Of a stretch of 64,000 nt of DNA, positions 32,195 to 43,838 are shown piece by piece. Every line of letters begins with the position of its first letter. Within the stretch, counting starts at the first letter, position 1. The stretch lies in assembly GCA_000091205.1 (NCBI GenBank), contig AP006502.2; one strand, written 5' to 3'. This stretch comes from Cyanidioschyzon merolae (lineage: Eukaryota). The notes under the pieces are model-generated. The model had not been told where the DNA came from and made no database searches. It saw only the letters and a program-made list of their open reading frames with translations. The position numbers were made by a program, and so were the translations under genes.

Positions 32195-34700
32195 ACGTTG
32201 CCGCCAGCAGCGGTATACAGTGGTGGCGCGAAGCCCGCCCTAGACAAGAAGTCTCCAACTGACGTGCAAACGCCTCCCAGTCTTTTTGGACCGGCCACCC
32301 ACTGCTGCTTTCAAGTTCTTCTCATATCATTCCACTTTGAGAGGTTGTCCAACAAAATTCCATCTTGTCAACTCCGGAGGTCTTCTTTCCATGGCCGCGC
32401 ACCTCTTTATATTGATAGCGGCGTTAGTCACGATTCACAAACTCCATACGCTTCTTGCCATTGATTGTACTAACCAGTGCAAGGAGTCCTCGAGCTTTCG
32501 CCCTCCTTTCCATTTGCTCTTCCGTCAGTGGTCCGTACCTTTTTATATCCTCAGGGCTCCGTTGGCACTTTTCCATCTCGAGCCTCTGAAGTATACACCC
32601 CAGTTCATGGTGTGTATAGGACGTTCGGAACTCATCTACAGGTATCGTAACGAAACGCCGTGCACACTCCTTGTCCACCCTCGTCGTTGGAGCTGGTGCA
32701 CACCCCTTTTGGGTCTTCCATCGGCCTGCTCCGTACGCTACTACGAGCCTCTGACTTTCATTCTCCTTCAGGGCGCTCAACTCATTGAAAATTTTCGCGA
32801 ATGCACGTTGCCTCCCACCGTATAGATTCATCCGCAGACGAGCCCACCGGGGCTTTCTACACTCCTCCCACAGCGCATCCCAATACGCAACGCGAACTTC
32901 CATGAACTCTCGAAAAGCTTTAAAGTCCGCTCCGCGGCTCGTCACCTCGCTCAAAGCCTCCAGGTGATCCTTCATTCCTGCGTTCCACGTCTCAATTTTC
33001 TTCCTAGCATTCATGATACCGGATTCTCGATAGTATCTTGCTCTCGAGAATCTCAACAGACGCATGTCCTTCTGACGTAATTTACCGTCAGTACCATCTT
33101 CCGCACGCTTGAGTGCTGCGATGGTTATGATATTCGTGTTTCCGAGGTCCGCGCCAACGACAAAGTCGTTATCCTGCACTTTCTGCGTCGCAAGATCCGC
33201 CTGTTTGTTTTTTCATGCTTGGTCATGGGCAGAACTGGACGATCCACCTTCAACCGCCGATAGTGTACACACATGGCTACTCCATCGGTTTCGGTCATCC
33301 CACTGAATTTCTTTTCCCTGCTTACTTTGAGACGTTTGATTTCGAAGATGTTCTTCCAGTAGGTCTCACAGTTTTCACCGGAGAACTCCTCCCTGTTAAC
33401 ATTGGACTCGGGACTGATCTCCCTCATGATGCCGTAAAGGATTCTGGAATCGATAGTCACAAAACGTGACTTGATGTTGGACAACGGAACGACGTTGAAG
33501 CGCTTACCCAGAAGCGCAGCCTTTCGTCTCCCCCACTCTTCATTTTTTCCTCACTCAGCTTCATCTCTGCCTTGCGTTCGAGTTCACGGTCCAGAAACAC
33601 AAAGTAACGCAGGACGAGGCGATAGTATCTTTCGTTATCTTTTTTCAACTCTGATATGTTTGCTGCTCGGTTTGCCAACCCCAGTACCGCACGATGCTCT
33701 TGTATAGCCGCTCGGATGACGGAATCCTCATTGATGCTCCTGAGTGATTTCTTCTCGTCGATGAATTCAATCTCATCTTCACGCTTGCGATCGTTCGTGT
33801 TGCCATTGACAATCGCCCATATCCCCTGGCGAATGAGACCGGGGTAGAGTGCAAAGATGGAGCGTATCATGAAGCTTTTGAGGTTCATTGTTAAATGGTT
33901 CTTTAGACTGGTGAGGTACTTCATCGCCCCGTAGGTGTAAATATTCCAATCCCCCCTGTATCGAGTACCGTCGAAGCGGAAGTCGGCGTAAATTTTGTGG
34001 AGGGCATGAACTCGCTCATTTCACCTAGACGTTTCCCCGGTGCCAAGCATAAAGTGATAAATAAAGGTTTTGTTGAAAAATTCTTCCAGAATATGGACTG
34101 TTTTGATGTCCGTAACGTCATGATACCATTTTCTTAGGAAATCCACCATTCCTTGAGAAGCGTCACGAACACCGCTGGAGTTCGGCTCGACACGGTTCCA
34201 GATTGCCTCTTGAACGTTTTCCCTGTACGGATCCTTGGTATGTTGAAGAAGACAGGCTTTCACCGCCATCTCGTCGTACCGTCGTCTTTTGTGTAGCCTT
34301 TGACGTAGGGCCTTCCACTTTTACTTCTTCTTCTTATCCTGTTCCTTTGCACTTGGCACTGTTCTTCGTTGTTTCGGGCTGCCGGCGACATTGGCGCCCA
34401 GGATCCTACACTTCCACTTCCGTAACTTTCCTTTTTCAATATAAAAACCGAAACCACTTTGGATGGGACAGCTATTACGCACGAAAAAGCACTTGAATAC
34501 AGTAGAGTGAAGGTTGAAACACGATTGAGGACAAACAATGTATTTTTCTACGACTTGAACATCGTTACAATTTGTACGTTAGAGCTACACGCTTCATTTT
34601 TCCGATGGAAAAACACTTATATTGACAATGGATCCCAGATTGTGCTATGAATGGGTATCGGATTCAGCGAAAGCGTCCATCATGCTGCATCCTAACTCCA
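32195..34700 (-). mobile_element. TnpB/Fanzor-like element copy 1; ORF broken by several frameshifts
   Basis: Minus-strand ORF pieces 34269..34021, 33924..33457, 33484..33125 and 33179..32424, plus a frameshifted tail to about 32275, are co-linear with the 757-aa copy-3 protein. The '[15 protein letters not shown]' RuvC-I-like motif is intact. The RuvC-III region 'RD*..NAAINI' is disrupted by a 2-nt deletion. The 5' leader and the 3' post-stop tail are both conserved with copies 2 and 3. Confidence 0.75.
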
Positions 34701-35269
34701 GATTCCATTACGTATACTTCCTTTCAGATGTACTACTCGTCTCGTGCTTCCTGTCATTCGCCGGGTGCATGCGTTGATGCACACGCCTTAGCGTCTAATC
34801 CGCTGATGCCGATGAATCACAGAGACAGGACAGCGTTGCCGTACTACTGAGAGCGTCGGATCGAGGAATGCTCCACCTGACACAGAGTTGGAGTATAGGA
34901 TCATTCTGGGAGCCAGCAAGCTCCGCAGACAGACACACTGCCTGCGATAGCGTGAAGCTCTATACTAGGACTCCACCGCGACCAGATCGACGCCCAGATG
35001 CAGTTTAACTGCCGCTAGTACCAGAATAAACTGTGCTTCAGACGAATTGCTCAGATTTCTATGCAGCACCCGCCACTGGGTGGCGAGCACGAAGCACGTG
35101 CCTGGGGTACTCGTCTGGCTCGCGGGTTTTTCCGTCGAGAAAATCAACTTTCGACAAAACGGGAACCGTTTCCCCCTTTTATCGTTTATCGTGCAGGGGA
35201 GATAAATTGGGGTACCTTGCTAGTTAATGGTTAGTCTCTGTTCTTTGCTCCGTATGCTGCGGTCGGCTA

Positions 35270-37770
35270 GCGCGCCGGGGAGATCAGGTCGTACGAGACA
35301 AGACGCACGTGTCGCCGTTGAAAGGAGACGCGAAATTGTGAAAATCCGTTTTCTTATTGTTCTACCGTACAAGTTGTATTTGCGTTAAAGTCGTAACAAA
35401 GTAAAGTTGTTTCATGCAATTGTGTTTCAAACCTCAAGTAAGTGTATACAAATGATGTTTAGCGATTCAGATCAGAAGCGTTCAAAGAGCCTTCTTCTTC
35501 TTCAAAAATAACAAAAGTTATGGAAAAGAAACTGGAGGATCCTGGACATCTGGTGTCGTCGACTGCCGGAGACTAACGAAAAACATGGCGGAGCTAAAAG
35601 GAACATGAGAAGACGATGGAGCAAAAGAGGGAGGCCCGAGGTAAGAAGCTGAACGAAACACGACAATACGACCATATGATGGTGAAAACCTGTCTTCTCG
35701 GGCATATCAAGGATCCGTCCAGGCGAAAGCTGCGAGAGGCCATCAGAAACCGTATCGAGTCATACTCCATGAGTGTTATGATGGCTTCTGCAGGTATAAT
35801 GCATTCGGTGAAGGAGATGCACGACGACGTAACGGGCATCAAAACAGTCGAGGTTCTGGAAGAATTTTTCGGCAAAACCTTTATTCGTCACCTGATGCTT
35901 GGTACAGGGGAAACGTCGAGGAGAAATGAGCGGGTGCATGCCCTCCACGAAAATTACGCCGAATTCCGCTTCAACGGTCCTCGAGACAGGGGTGACTCGC
36001 GTATTTACACCGTCGGGGTAATGAAGCACCTCACGAACCTGAAGAACTATTTGACCATGAACCTGGAACGTTTCATGATACGCGCCGTCTGTGCGCGCTA
36101 CCCGGGCCCCTCTCGCGAAGGGATATGGACCATCACCGATGGCATCACAAACGATAGTAAGAATGAGCAGGAGATCGAATTTGTTCACGAGAAGACATCA
36201 CGCAGGAGAGCAAATGAGGATTCTGGAATCCGTGCGGCTATTAAAGAGCATCGTGTGGTCTTGGGGCTGGCGAGTCCAGCAGGAAAGATATCAGAGTTGA
36301 AAAAAGATACGGAAAGATACGATCGCCTCATCTTGCGCTATACCATACTCCTGAACCGACAACTGAAATGCAGGACCGATATGGAGCAGGGTGTGGAAGC
36401 AAATGCAGTGTCGGAGAAACGGAAAGCTGCGCTTCTGGAGAAGCGCTTCAACATCGTTCCGTTATGCAACATCAAGTCACATTTTGTGAGTATCGACTCC
36501 GAAATCCCTCACGGCATCATTACGGAGATCTGTCCAGTGTTCGATGTAAGCAACAAGGAGTTCACCGGTGAAAACCAGGAGACGTACTGGAAGAAGAATA
36601 TCTTCGATTCCAAACGTCTCAGAACGAGCAAGAAAAAGGAATTCACTGGGATGATCGAAAGCGATGCGATAGCCATGCGTGTACATTATCGGCGCTTGAA
36701 GGCGGATTGCCCAGTTCCGTCTTCGTTGCAGTCGCTGGCAAAGCGTGAAGAAAACAAAGAGGTTAGCCCAACGAAGCAGGAGGTGCATGAGAACCACTTT
36801 GTCGTTGGCGCGGGCCCTGGGAACACGAATATCATGACCATCACAACACGCAATTGCGGGGATGATGGCATCGACGGCAACCTACGTCAAAAACACATGC
36901 GTGTTTTAAAGCGCTCAAGAACGAGATATTACCGAGAATTCGGTGTGATGAATGCAAAGAAGAAAAGTGGAACGTGGAATGCTGGAGTAAAAGAGCACCT
37001 GGAAGCGATCAGCCAGGTGACGGGCCGAGGAGCGGACTTTCTAGCTCTTCTGGAGTTCATTAAAGTTCGCGTTGCACATGACGTGGCACTGTGGAAAGAA
37101 TATACAACGCCTCGGTGGGCTCGTCTACGTACGAATCTGTACTGTGGAAGAAGCGTGCATTCGCCAACTTTTTCAATCAGTTGAGCGCCCTCAAGGACGA
37201 CGAGAGGCAGAGGCTCGTCGTAGCATACCGATCAGGGCGCTAGGCGTGGAAAAAGGGACTACCCGAGCTCCAACGCCGAGAGCGAACGAGAAATGCGCAC
37301 CCCGTTTTGTCACGATACCTGTAAATCAGTATCGAGCATCGTATGTGCACCATGAGCTGGGGCGTACACTCCAGAGGATCAAGAAGGAAAAGTGCCAGGG
37401 GAGCCCCGGGGATATAAAAAAGTACGGAGCGCTAACAGAACAGCAAATGGGACGGAGGTCTAAAGTTCGAAGACCCCTGGCATGAACGAGTACAGCCAGT
37501 AACGGCAGGAAACGTATGGCGTTCGTGAACCGAGACTTTAACGCTGCTATCAATATCAGGAGATATACGCTGCTAAAGAAGAGACCCGACAAGCTGACGC
37601 GAGCCAGCTTTGTGGAGCACTCCCTCAAGACCGAACTGTACTAGGAGAAGCTGAATCCAGTAGCAGGTGATCGGTCCAGAAAGACGAGGATCCGCCTGCA
37701 CGTCCGCAGATAAACATGCAGTCCGAGGGCGCGAGGTACCCAGAAACACACCGACGGCGGCTGCGCACGC
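35270..37770 (+). mobile_element. TnpB/Fanzor-like element copy 2; frameshifts plus an in-frame TAG
   Basis: ORF 35616..37184 continues, after a 1-nt deletion, into 37072..37485, and after a further shift into '...GRKRMAFVNRDFNAAINIRRYTLLKKRPDKLTRASFVEHSLKTELY'. The RuvC-I position reads '[11 protein letters not shown]' (Asp to Gly). The 5' leader starting 'ggagatcagg...' and the 3' tail are shared with copy 3. A (gcgtgcaat)3 run lies at 37785-37808, just outside the element. Confidence 0.75.
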
Positions 37771-37785
37771 AGATTCCAGATATGC

Positions 37786-40041
37786 GTGCAATGCGTGCAA
37801 TGCGTGCCGCCGCTTCCGTTCGTTGACCCGCGCGCGCTTGTCGGATTCAGGACCCCCGCCTCCAAGCAACGTATTCGTGTTGAACGCTTCAGGTACGCCT
37901 CGTTTCTGTGGACAACACCCGGGGCTGATCCCATTGATCTTTTCATAATGACAGGAGTTGTGGCAGAGTCTGAGAATCTGCCGCCAAGTGGCGCAGAAGC
38001 AAAGTCGTTGGTCGATGACGCGGGGTTTGCGCCTACCGCACCTCCGCCAGCTGCAGTTGCACCAGCGCCGGTTGACGAAACGGCTGATGCCTTGGGTTCC
38101 AGCAGGAGCCGCGGGAACGGATCCGGTACCGAGGTGGTAGCTGACGCCGATGAGGAGGAGCAGGTAGCGGCGGCAGCAGCGAAAGCTGCGTCAGCAGCGG
38201 CCTCGCGCATTGCGTTTCGTTTTCGCACCGTGCGACCAGGAGACTTTGAACCCGAGCGCCACTTTTATCCGCGCTGTCTTAATGCTCAAATTCATCCGTC
38301 TGTGCGTTTCTTCATGGGCTTGTCCCGGGAGCGCATCGTGTCTCGTTATACGCACCTGAATACGCGGGTCGACCCAGTGGAGCTGCGACGCCTGTTGGCC
38401 TACTCGCCGCGATACTTGCGCTGGGCCGGCTGCGACCTCATGCACGTTGTGGACTCACGATCCCAGCGGAAGTGCATGGTGGTCATTGAAACCAATAGTT
38501 GTCCCAGTGGTCAAAAGTCGACACCGCTGTTCGATGACCAAGATGAATACGGAGGCTATCGAACGCTGCTGCAGCGAGCACTGCTGTCACGGTTGGAGTC
38601 GCCAGCGGAGCAGCCCATTGCTGGAGGCAAATTAGCCGTTCTCTTTGACAAAAATCCCATGGAAGCCAGCGGATACGCAGCGTGTTTGGCTGAGCTCACC
38701 AACGAGGAGGTTTATCTCGTCCCGATGCTTGAAGAGAACGCTGCCGACTGTGCCGAACCCGAGTTGCGAACGCTCGCCGACGGTGCTCGGGGTCAAGCGA
38801 CGACCGGAATACGCGCTACAGACGGGAGCCCGACGAGCGCGCCTGCGACCTCGAGCGGTACAAACGTGGCGAACGGACGATCGTATGCCTTTTTCAAGAA
38901 TGGCATTCTATACGTTCGGCGACCGAAAGAACACTTGCTGGAGAGTATGATTCCGAATGGCGCAAACAATTGTGCAGCTCGTGACCGCGTAAGCGTTGTA
39001 CTCCCGCCGGATTCACGAAAGCAAACATGCGAAGCACAGCCAGCTCTGCGCTCCGAGGCGGCATCGACAACCGCAGGTAAGAACGGCATCCTCCGAGACG
39101 ACGACACAGCCGACGTTGTGCCGATTCGGGCGGCGCTGCGCTATGTGACCCAGCGCCCATGGAACCGGATACCGGTGCACACGCAGACGATCATCACCAA
39201 TTCTGTTGTATCATGTCTTGCTGGCGGGCGCAACAAGCTCGTTGCAGCAAAAGCCTACGACAATGCCAACGTGGAGCTGATGGCTTGCGGCCTGGAGATT
39301 CGCACGCCACTGACGATCCGCGACGTGCCCCTGAACATGCTCAGGCGATGGGTTGATCGCCTCGGCGGCTTTGCCGCAATCAAGGTTCCATACTCCAATG
39401 CAGGGCAAGGTGTTTTCACGATCACTTCCCAGGAGGAGTTTGACAGATTCTACGAGGCCGAATCTAAGCGTCCGAACCGATACGACAAGTACATCGTGCA
39501 AGCGCTGATTTCGAACCATGAATGGTCTTCCGCAGGGAGCGGCACATCAGCAGCAGGCTCCGTCGAATCCTACAGTCGCCTCTATCATGTGGGTACCATG
39601 CCGGATAAGCGCGGTCACATCTACGTCAATGATCTCCGCTTGATGATCTGTGGCGGGCCGGACGGCTTTGTGCCCGTCGGTCTCTACGCGCGCCGAGCTC
39701 GCGCACCGCTCGCAAAAGAGCCCGGCAACAACAGTTGGGAGCAACTCGGCACCAATCTCTCCGTCAAGGTCGGCGAAGGCCTGTTCACATCTGAATCCGA
39801 GCGCCTCATGCTTATGGACAAGAAAGATTTTAATCTGCTGGGTCTGAGTCTCGATGATCTTATCGACGCCTTCGTGGAGACCTGCCTCGCCGTTCGAGCC
39901 ATAGATGTCATGGCCCAGTGGCTCTGTTCGGATGCCGGCGGTCGATTCAGCCTGCCCCTCTTCCGTTCGGTCTGTGGAGATGATTCGCTCATTCGGGAGA
40001 TCATACGGGGCAGTCCAGAACTCCAAAACGCTTCAGGGTGA
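37786..40041 (+). CDS. ATP-grasp domain protein (family uncertain; TTL-like, RimK-like or glutathionylspermidine-synthase-like)
   Basis: The C-terminal half 'FAAIKVPYSNAGQGVFTITSQEEFDRFYE...KYIVQALI...IYVNDLRLMICGGPDGFVPVGLYARRA' resembles the ATP-grasp nucleotide-binding and catalytic loops. The real start is probably Met at about 37947 (MTGVVAESEN...). Confidence 0.45.
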   Translation: MQCVQCVPPLPFVDPRALVGFRTPASKQRIRVERFRYASFLWTTPGADPIDLFIMTGVVAESENLPPSGAEAKSLVDDAGFAPTAPPPAAVAPAPVDETADALGSSRSRGNGSGTEVVADADEEEQVAAAAAKAASAAASRIAFRFRTVRPGDFEPERHFYPRCLNAQIHPSVRFFMGLSRERIVSRYTHLNTRVDPVELRRLLAYSPRYLRWAGCDLMHVVDSRSQRKCMVVIETNSCPSGQKSTPLFDDQDEYGGYRTLLQRALLSRLESPAEQPIAGGKLAVLFDKNPMEASGYAACLAELTNEEVYLVPMLEENAADCAEPELRTLADGARGQATTGIRATDGSPTSAPATSSGTNVANGRSYAFFKNGILYVRRPKEHLLESMIPNGANNCAARDRVSVVLPPDSRKQTCEAQPALRSEAASTTAGKNGILRDDDTADVVPIRAALRYVTQRPWNRIPVHTQTIITNSVVSCLAGGRNKLVAAKAYDNANVELMACGLEIRTPLTIRDVPLNMLRRWVDRLGGFAAIKVPYSNAGQGVFTITSQEEFDRFYEAESKRPNRYDKYIVQALISNHEWSSAGSGTSAAGSVESYSRLYHVGTMPDKRGHIYVNDLRLMICGGPDGFVPVGLYARRARAPLAKEPGNNSWEQLGTNLSVKVGEGLFTSESERLMLMDKKDFNLLGLSLDDLIDAFVETCLAVRAIDVMAQWLCSDAGGRFSLPLFRSVCGDDSLIREIIRGSPELQNASG

Positions 40042-40528
40042 AGCTTGTGGGATGGAAGCGCGGCGAATCCGCCTTTGGTGAGGTCTCACACAACGCGAAG
40101 CATACGCTGCACGCGACCCCTTCAACCGCATCGCTGGGCGTTACAGTCGAAGGGACATCTCCGCAGATCTCTCGCTTTCGCTCGCTCTGGGAGATGTGTG
40201 TGCTCTGGAGCTGCTACATCCGGCGCTTGGGTTCATGAAGAAGCGAATCAGGCCGTAAACGCGCGCTCATGACGGCGCAACGAATGCACCGCGTCCAGAA
40301 CAAAGCGCACTGGTCGTGTGGTTCAGCGAACTGGGCAGCACGACTACGCGATGAACGCTGACGCTGCTACCAGCGATGATTCACGGTGCACGTCGTCTGG
40401 CGAGTCAGACGCAACTGGAACGGATCATGGAGCAGTCGGCAGCATTGGTAAGACGTTGATCGGCCTAGGATCCGGTAATAGCGGCAGCGGTATTCGTTCT
40501 GCTCCGAGTATCGGGGATCGCTACTGCT

Positions 40529-43351
40529 TTATGCGACGTACGCAGTGCCAGGGCAAAGCGTTCGTGTGATTCTCGGAAAAACTCGCTCAGCGCGCGCGTA
40601 TACAGCAGCAGCTGATGCTCGTGTGCGCATCTCCGCATCCATCGAGACGCGGTGCGCTGCAAGACCTCCACTGCACCGCCGATGTGCTGTGTACTGTCGC
40701 GTCCCGGAACGGGAACTTGACTCCCCAGTGCTGGAGATTATGGTGCATGCTGGTGCTGGTGCTGGTGCTGGTGCCGGTGCTGGATAACCGCTCCACTGGT
40801 TACCGGGTGCTGCGTTCGCATGGCGGTAGCCGTGTGCGTACTGCAAAGCCGCCTCTCGCTGTTTCTCTTCCGCGTACTTTTGGACTACTCGCAGGACATT
40901 TTCATCACAAAGTAATTGTAAACGGGTCTCTTCGTCTTTCACGAGCAGGAGATGCTGCAAGATAGCCTCATCTATCTGATTGCGCTGCAATAGGTCGGTA
41001 TGTTGGCCTTGCGATGTAGCCGAAACAGGCGTGCCGCTCGTATTCGGTGGAATCGCTGACCAGAGGCTGGTCTCCAGGTGAGGCGGCTGTATCCGATCCC
41101 AGGGCTTCGTTTGCAATCGCGTTGGATCCAGCGTACTTGGGCCTCGTGTCCCGTGGAACGATGTCAATAGGTTTGCAGTCGTGGCAGCCGCTGGTGCGGA
41201 TACGGTCGCTTCTGGTGTTCCCGCCGGTGCAAGCGCCCCTGCCGGTGTGTAGGAAAACGAGGTTGGAGCTGGATGCTCCACGCGATACTCTGGAATCACC
41301 CGCAGGCTCGGTGGTGGTGTCTGCCTGTCGAGCGAGCGCTCACGAGGTGGCGACGGCGGCATCGGTTCGTCGGGCACACCGGACGATAGCGACCCAGGCG
41401 AAACGACTCCAATGGTACCGCTTTGATGACTGTCCGCGTTGCGTGGAACGCATCCAACAGTAGAGCCGTTGGCGAGAACGTCGGACAGCTGCTCGCATTC
41501 GCCAGCTGCTCCCAGCGGACAGGAACTCTCGACATGTGGCGGCGGGTAGAATGTCGCATCCTCCCGCATTTCAGCAAGAACTTTCTGGCGATGTTGGCGT
41601 TTCTTTTGCATGAGACGACCCTCCTCTACGACCTCTGAGAATCCATTGCCTGGAGCGTGCGTCGATCGCTCTTTGGTCGCACTCGTCGCACCTGATTCCC
41701 CGTCCAATGCCAGTTCATCGGTATCAGCCACAATGCCAGCGAGGTTCACAGGGGCATGCGTGCGCTCGTCGGGAATATATTCAAAGGCATAGACTTGCAC
41801 AAGCACAGGCTCTGGGGCGAAATGAACACGCTTTGATGCAGGTTTTCGAGCAAGTTTCGTCGATGATGCGTCAGCGGATGTTCGGATCCGAAGGGCTGGA
41901 CGCGGAGCCTCCATTTTCGCTCGCTTCGCAGATCGACTGGTTATCGCACAAGTTGCTGCTGCCTCTTCTGGTGCTACGAATGATGTTGATTCGGCTGATG
42001 ATGCTTCCTTTTCGGCGATATCGCCGGTGTGACCTGCATCACGCACGGTAGGTGTAGGTACATGATGCGTTGCTTCGTTCGCACATCGCTCGGGTATTGT
42101 TGCTCCAGGTGGTGACGTTGTCTCGAGGGCATCGGAGTGATGCATTCGCTCCGCTCGAGCTGCTGTTGCGTGTGCTGAAGCTTGTTGTGGCAAGAGCGAC
42201 GCATCTGCGTCACTAACGTCGACGGTCGGCTGCGTACCTACAGATTCCGTAGCTCGAGCAGAAACACTTTGGGAAGCTTCATCAGAGGAGCTTGTAAAAG
42301 CCGGCAAAGCTGTGTCACGTTCTGGTCGTGGACGCGGTCGCTTACGTCCCGTTTTCATCGACGCGTCTGCCGAGGCGAAACTCGAAAGCGCCCCGACCGC
42401 CAGAGGCGTTTCGTGTTCCCCAACAGTCGACTGTGCTGGCTCTGATGTATCATCCTGGGATGCAGCGGCCTTTGCAGAAGCGTTACTCGCATCTGTATTC
42501 GCGTGAATAGATGCTTCAGTGGTACCAGGGTGACCGGAATCGGTTGTTTGGACTGGTGCATGCACGGCTACCGGTAGCGAACGACTCTCACCTGCCTCTG
42601 GTGTTTCTTCGGGCGCTGATGGCGTCGAGGGTTTTTCTCGGCCAGCTACCTGTTCCATTTCAGCGATTATATTCGCAGCCTGCTCACGCAAGGTCGCAAG
42701 TCGCTCGCCCCAGGCTTTTTCGGATGCGTTAGCGACGAAATTCTCCGCAGAAACGCCTTTGCTGCGTCCTAATTTTCGAAGCGCTTTACGGCCGTGAACC
42801 AGCGACTTGCTTTCCTCCAGAAAATCGACCACATCCTCTCTCTGCATCGACTTGACAAGGCACTTAATCACCTGCATCGACAGGTCCAGTAGGTCGACGA
42901 TGTGTGGCTGCGCTGCCCGCAAGGCCCTTTCGATTAGCTGGCCGAGCACCGAGCGAAGTTTCGTCTCCTGTAGGAAAAAAGTGACACTCTCGGGATCTCG
43001 AAGCTCAGAGACCAGCGTCCGCAGCAGAGCCCGCCGAGTATCCCAAGTCTCTGCTCGCGACAGGGCCCGAACAAGCCGCTGGCCCGCTTGTGCGTCGCAC
43101 GGCATGGAAGCGTGCGACGCAGTCAGAGCCTCGTGTCGACGAAGAGACTTGTTTCCACGAACACGGTAGGCGATTTGGGCAGAGCGAAAGTCCGTTTCAG
43201 TCAATGTCGAATGGAAAAGGACTAGACAAACACCGCCACAGGTGCGTCGAGGCTGCGCAGCCCAGCAGGCGGCGTTTACCCAGGTGATCAGTGCAAGTAG
43301 CGTTGCGGGAGCAGTGTCTCCTCCTTGAAGCGCGTGACAGCTGTCCAACAA
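40529..43351 (-). CDS. hypothetical low-complexity nuclear-type protein (possible TFIIS-N-like helical domain)
   Basis: 940-aa uninterrupted ORF with long S/T/A/P-rich stretches and a (GCTGGT)n-encoded PAPAPA run. A helical N-terminal region ('LLRTLVSELRDPESVTFFLQETKLRSVLGQLI...LLDLSMQVIKCLV') reads like a folded domain. No confident family. Confidence 0.4.
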   Translation of the reverse strand: MLDSCHALQGGDTAPATLLALITWVNAACWAAQPRRTCGGVCLVLFHSTLTETDFRSAQIAYRVRGNKSLRRHEALTASHASMPCDAQAGQRLVRALSRAETWDTRRALLRTLVSELRDPESVTFFLQETKLRSVLGQLIERALRAAQPHIVDLLDLSMQVIKCLVKSMQREDVVDFLEESKSLVHGRKALRKLGRSKGVSAENFVANASEKAWGERLATLREQAANIIAEMEQVAGREKPSTPSAPEETPEAGESRSLPVAVHAPVQTTDSGHPGTTEASIHANTDASNASAKAAASQDDTSEPAQSTVGEHETPLAVGALSSFASADASMKTGRKRPRPRPERDTALPAFTSSSDEASQSVSARATESVGTQPTVDVSDADASLLPQQASAHATAARAERMHHSDALETTSPPGATIPERCANEATHHVPTPTVRDAGHTGDIAEKEASSAESTSFVAPEEAAATCAITSRSAKRAKMEAPRPALRIRTSADASSTKLARKPASKRVHFAPEPVLVQVYAFEYIPDERTHAPVNLAGIVADTDELALDGESGATSATKERSTHAPGNGFSEVVEEGRLMQKKRQHRQKVLAEMREDATFYPPPHVESSCPLGAAGECEQLSDVLANGSTVGCVPRNADSHQSGTIGVVSPGSLSSGVPDEPMPPSPPRERSLDRQTPPPSLRVIPEYRVEHPAPTSFSYTPAGALAPAGTPEATVSAPAAATTANLLTSFHGTRGPSTLDPTRLQTKPWDRIQPPHLETSLWSAIPPNTSGTPVSATSQGQHTDLLQRNQIDEAILQHLLLVKDEETRLQLLCDENVLRVVQKYAEEKQREAALQYAHGYRHANAAPGNQWSGYPAPAPAPAPAPACTIISSTGESSSRSGTRQYTAHRRCSGGLAAHRVSMDAEMRTRASAAAVYARAERVFPRITRTLCPGTAYVA

Positions 43352-43838
43352 CGAGGGCCTTGAGCTGAAAAAGCCTGGAGCAAAATGCTCGCCCGATGCA
43401 GGAACCGGGGCGTACTGGACACTCCTTCACCGCCAAGTTGGTACGATGCTGGAGTATATGAAGAACGTAGTTCGAGCCAAGCGAGCTTCGCCCTGGGCGC
43501 TCTCTACAAATGAACCTGGACGCTGTGGTTCCTATCTGTATCTTTATGTATTTTAATGAATATAAGGGACAGCTTGCCAAACGCTGTTGCCATTGCGGAT
43601 GACGCAATGCGCATTCGCCCTCGCACGATTGATGGTGTGTGGTCTCGTTATAACAGGTACATTTACGTATTTTTATGGACACATATGTACGATAGGCCTC
43701 GCGTCGGGGACTGCTCAGCTACGATCCCTTTATCAGCGCTTCTCGGTTGCTTGCATTTTCACTGACTCGGTACAGCATTGGTCTTTATCCAAAGAGGTGC
43801 GTCTGGAATCTCGAATCGTGCACTGAGAAGACGGCGAT

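Noticed and set aside
37783-37810. (gcgtgcaat)3 considered as terminal inverted repeat or target-site duplication of copy 2
   Set aside because: It is present on one side only and has no counterpart at the left boundary (35270) or at other copies. It is reported only as a junction-associated micro-repeat.
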